From Promethearchaeia archaeon (GTDB taxonomy: Archaea > Asgardarchaeota > Lokiarchaeia > Sigyniarchaeales > SOKP01), in the NCBI GenBank assembly GCA_046497275.1, contig JAWOFX010000005.1:1-9204 (forward strand): a DNA stretch of 9,204 nt. The letters run 5' to 3'. Within the stretch, counting starts at the first letter, position 1. Each line of letters begins with the position of its first letter. Positions 6,210-9,204 of this stretch are shown here, piece by piece. Made by a program: the position numbers and the translations under genes. The notes under the pieces were generated by a model, which worked only from the letters and a program-made list of their open reading frames with translations, was not told the origin of the DNA and searched no databases.

Positions 6210-7472
6210 TTAAATGGGTAATAGTTTAACCAATATTTTCTCTCCTGCTTTTAATCCTTCTTGATCTTTTGATATTTCTACTATACCATCACTATTGGTC
6301 AAAGAAGTGATTATTCCAGAACCTTTCAATCTCACTGATCGTGCTATTATCTTATCCTCTTTAGTCTCCAAATATACTCTTAAATAATGTAAATAACCCA
6401 TTCTACTGACTGGTATATCTCTATCTATTTCTGCTATTATTTCTTTTCTTGGATCAGTTTTTTTCGCACTCATCATTTTCCGTATTGCCGGTCCAGCGAA
6501 TTTTAAGAATCCTACATATGCTGCTACGGGTGTTCCTGGTAAACAAAAGATTAGAGTATCATTTTTATGAGCTATTAAAATTGGTTCACCTGGTCTCATG
6601 GCAACACCATGAGTTAAAACTTTCGCATTTTCATTCACAACTTCAGGGAGATAATCTTGTGTTCCAACTGATGTACCACCCGTAAAGAGAACCATATCAG
6701 ATGATTGAATTGCTTGGAGTAAATTTTTTGTAATTAGAGATTTATTATCTTTTAGAGTAGCTGCTGAAATTACTTCCCCACCATAAGTTCTCACCAAATT
6801 AGCAATCATAGGAGTGTTGGAGTTATAAATCTGACTTTTACCTAATGGTTCACCAATTTCAACTAATTCATCTCCAGTTGCAAAAACAGATACTTTTGGT
6901 CTTATAAATACTTGAATCTTTTGAATACCTTGAGAACTAAGCAATGCAATATGTTCTGCCTTGAGTTCTGTTCCTTTTTTGAGAATGATTTCTCCTTTAT
7001 GAATATCCTCGCCTTGTTTTGCGACATTTTTTCCTGGGGCGACTGGGTTATATATTTTGATCATATTATTTCCTTCCATTTCAGTGTCTTCGATTTTAAC
7101 TACTGCATCTGCCCCTTCAGGAATTACTGCTCCCGTAGAGATTCTTATAGCTTCCCCTCTATTTATGGATAAATCGGAAGCTTCTCCGATTTCTATTTTT
7201 CCTGCCTTTTTAACATATTTAGGACTATTAGGGGATGCTTCAAACGTATCTTCCGCAATTAAAGCATAACCATCCATAGCGGATTTATCAAATCCAGGAA
7301 CATCAATCCTGCTTTCTATGTCTTTAGCAATTATTCGATTTAACGAAATAGGAGTATCAATCTCTTCTGTACTAACAGTTTTAGTATTCAAAAAAAGTAA
7401 ATCTAACGCATCTTCAACTGAAGTTAGTTTTGCAAAGCCAATTTTTCTTAATCGCTCGACCATGTTGATCAT
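6210..7472 (-). CDS. moeA: Molybdopterin molybdenumtransferase MoeA (gephyrin E-domain family), copy 2
   Basis: 420 aa. VPGFDKSAMDGYA, ISTGAVIPEGADAVV, ATGDEL, IYNSN, FTGGTSVG, MRPGEP, CLPGTP and GSGIITSL. ATG 7472 overlaps the moaB stop as ATGA. ATG 7463, with GAGG upstream, is an alternative start. Confidence 0.95.
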   Translation of the reverse strand: MINMVERLRKIGFAKLTSVEDALDLLFLNTKTVSTEEIDTPISLNRIIAKDIESRIDVPGFDKSAMDGYALIAEDTFEASPNSPKYVKKAGKIEIGEASDLSINRGEAIRISTGAVIPEGADAVVKIEDTEMEGNNMIKIYNPVAPGKNVAKQGEDIHKGEIILKKGTELKAEHIALLSSQGIQKIQVFIRPKVSVFATGDELVEIGEPLGKSQIYNSNTPMIANLVRTYGGEVISAATLKDNKSLITKNLLQAIQSSDMVLFTGGTSVGTQDYLPEVVNENAKVLTHGVAMRPGEPILIAHKNDTLIFCLPGTPVAAYVGFLKFAGPAIRKMMSAKKTDPRKEIIAEIDRDIPVSRMGYLHYLRVYLETKEDKIIARSVRLKGSGIITSLTNSDGIVEISKDQEGLKAGEKILVKLLPI

Positions 7473-8011
7473 TCCTCTTTATTTATAAGATAACACATAT
7501 GGGCCAGTTCGGGTAATATTAGATCATGTAACGCTATTTTTACGGCGTTCGGTGATCCCGGTAAAAGAAATACTGCTTTTTCTCTAATTTTACCCCCTAT
7601 CGCTCTTGAAAGCATAGCTGCTGAACCGATTTCTTTAAAAGAAAGATATCGAAATAATTCTCCGAAACCAGGAATTATTTTTTCAAATTTTGGTTGAATG
7701 GTCTCATAAGTAATATCTCTTAGCGATAATCCCGTTCCTCCACTGAATATAATAGAATCTATGTTTTTTTTTTCTAAGAATTCATTCAAGGCAGAATTAA
7801 TATGTTCAACCGAATCTGGAATAATTTTAGTAAACTTTAAAGATATTTTTTCCTCTTTATAGAGTAATTCTTGAACAAGTGGAATAGTTTTATCGGATGT
7901 GTTTTTTTGATCCTTTATTTCATCATATCGAGAAGTGCTAACAATAATTAAGGCAATATTTAATTGCTTTTTCTCATCTGCTTGATGTTTATGTTTTTCA
8001 TGAACTTTCAT
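7469..8011 (-). CDS. moaB: MoaB/MogA-family molybdopterin adenylyltransferase (gephyrin G-domain family)
   Basis: 180 aa. IIVSTSR, IIPD, FSGGTGLSLRDIT, IPGFGELFR, AMLSRA and LLPGSPNAV. Both acidic catalytic-type positions (IPD, RD) are present. Confidence 0.94.
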   Translation of the reverse strand: MKVHEKHKHQADEKKQLNIALIIVSTSRYDEIKDQKNTSDKTIPLVQELLYKEEKISLKFTKIIPDSVEHINSALNEFLEKKNIDSIIFSGGTGLSLRDITYETIQPKFEKIIPGFGELFRYLSFKEIGSAAMLSRAIGGKIREKAVFLLPGSPNAVKIALHDLILPELAHMCYLINKEE

Positions 8012-8015
8012 AATT

Positions 8016-8022
8016 TCACCTC
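8016..8022 (-). promoter_or_regulatory. Shine-Dalgarno GAGGTGA for moaB
   Basis: The minus strand reads GAGGTGA 4 nt upstream of ATG 8011, in the 24-nt gap after the moeA stop. This is the archaeal-type SD. Confidence 0.75.
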
Positions 8023-8035
8023 TAAATTCATTTAA

Positions 8036-9204
8036 TCAATAAGTATAAAAGACTTTTTTGTCTCCTTTTTCTACTATTTCTTCTAGTTCTTCAATTTCAA
8101 TATATCCATCGGAATAAAATAAGGTGCTTATGGCTTCTGAGCCTGTTTTAATCGGAAATATTTTTTGAACGCCATCTACTTCTCTCAACTCCACGGCTTT
8201 AAAATGATGTCTTCCGATAGGGCTATAGATTCTTTCACCGATTTCTAGTTCCTCAGCATTTTTGCCTCTTAGGGGATATCCAGACAACCTCCTCAAAAAA
8301 TCATCAATAAAAACATAAAAGCAACTTAAAGCCGATGTTGGATATCCAGGGAGTATGAAGATTATCTTATTTTGAAGCTTGGCGAAAATCAATGGCTTAC
8401 CTGGCTTTATTTTTATCCCGTGTACTTGTACTTCAATATTCTCGAAGGTATCTAATACTCTTACTCCTAAATCACCCTCTCCCTTAGAAGTCCCTCCGGA
8501 TAAGATTACTAAATCACTCTCCTTAAGTCCTTTCTCAATTATTTGTTTTAATTGTTTAAAATCATCTTTTACGATCCCGAGATAATTTACTTCTGAGCCT
8601 GTATTAGAAATCGCTTGTTTCAAGACAATAGAATTAATATCATAAATTTGTCCGATCTCTAAGTCTGATGTTTCATTTGTCACGAGCTCGCTACCGGTAC
8701 TAATTAAGCTTATTTTAGGTTTTTGATATACTGGAACTGTTTGAATTCCACAAGCAGCAAGAATACCCATCGTAGGAAGATCTACTAAAGTATCCTCTTT
8801 AATTATTGTTTCTCCCTTCTTAACATCGTGTCCGATTTCAATGATATAGGTACTGGGAGTAACAGCTTGAGAAATCGAAATGATATTATCTTTCTTTTGA
8901 GAATATTCCACAATTACCACCGCATTAGCTCCTTCGGGAATGGGTGCGCCCGTTGCGACATACGCACATTCCCCCTTTTTTATTACTTTTTGTGGGATAT
9001 CTCCCGCTTCAATGACTTCAATTTGTTTGAGTGAAATTAAATTGTCTTCCTCAGCTCCAAATGTATCTTCTGCTTTTACGGCAAATCCATCCATTCGAGA
9101 TTTTCTAAAATGCGGTACATCAATAGGACTTTTCACATCCATTGAAATCTTTCTGTTAAAACTATTTTCTAAGTTTACTTCTTCTGAACCTAATTTTAAG
9201 GGAG
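8036..9204 (-). CDS. moeA: Molybdopterin molybdenumtransferase MoeA, copy 1 (5' end outside window)
   Basis: VPHFRKSRMDGFAV, VATGAPIPEGANAVV, STGSEL, IYDIN, LSGGTSKGEGD, IKPGKP and LPGYPTSA. The track starts at ATG 9142, but the frame is open to the window edge (...PLKLGSEEVNLENSFNRKISMDV), so the gene is truncated here. No C-terminal periplasmic-binding extension is present. Confidence 0.95.
   Translation of the reverse strand, partial: PLKLGSEEVNLENSFNRKISMDVKSPIDVPHFRKSRMDGFAVKAEDTFGAEEDNLISLKQIEVIEAGDIPQKVIKKGECAYVATGAPIPEGANAVVIVEYSQKKDNIISISQAVTPSTYIIEIGHDVKKGETIIKEDTLVDLPTMGILAACGIQTVPVYQKPKISLISTGSELVTNETSDLEIGQIYDINSIVLKQAISNTGSEVNYLGIVKDDFKQLKQIIEKGLKESDLVILSGGTSKGEGDLGVRVLDTFENIEVQVHGIKIKPGKPLIFAKLQNKIIFILPGYPTSALSCFYVFIDDFLRRLSGYPLRGKNAEELEIGERIYSPIGRHHFKAVELREVDGVQKIFPIKTGSEAISTLFYSDGYIEIEELEEIVEKGDKKVFYTY

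Noticed and set aside
6181-6210. Tandem AAATTAT repeat in the 32-nt gap between convergent stops
   Set aside because: Two copies of a 7-mer in pure A/T sequence are not distinguishable from chance.
7448-7490. Readthrough (Sec) or programmed frameshift fusing moaB to moeA
   Set aside because: Readthrough of TGA 7471-7469 hits TAA seven codons later, moeA is in a different frame, no slippery heptamer precedes the stop, and a normal ATG is available.
6449-9034. ORF-track entries 6449-6685, 6912-7172, 7057-7269, 8379-8585 and 8828-9034 (all +)
   Set aside because: Antisense shadows of the two moeA genes, with non-protein-like composition.
1-9204. CRISPR array, tRNA/rRNA, IS element or transposase
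   Set aside because: No regularly spaced repeats, no cloverleaf or GC-rich structured island, and no transposase-like ORF or terminal repeats with target duplication. All gaps are short and AT-rich.

Overview
A very AT-rich archaeal window, most likely from an Asgard archaeon of the Loki/Promethearchaeota group. This is inferred from a C-terminal IPGY+TM+basic Loki-CTERM-type tail, an archaeal Nre gene and a GAGGTGA-type Shine-Dalgarno. Left to right: the possible 5' tip of a minus-strand gene; an orphan secreted, C-terminally anchored protein (+); the PCNA-interacting DNA repair protein Nre (-); a MoxR/CoxD-like AAA+ ATPase and VWA(MIDAS) pair (-); an AT-richer plus-strand islet with an MNT-HEPN toxin-antitoxin pair and a Cys-rich DUF3795-like protein; and a moeA-moaB-moeA molybdopterin/tungstopterin operon (-) cut by the right edge. 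The most notable observation is at the AAA/VWA junction. The VWA frame stays open about 65 codons upstream of its first ATG/GTG/TTG and runs back into the AAA stop codon. The junction reads ATAA (like a coupled ATGA overlap but with AUA) and is directly preceded by a G_GAU_UUU slippery-type heptamer. This implies an AUA-initiated coupled gene, a -1 frameshift AAA-VWA fusion, or a 1-nt lesion. No rRNA, tRNA, CRISPR array or transposase was seen.
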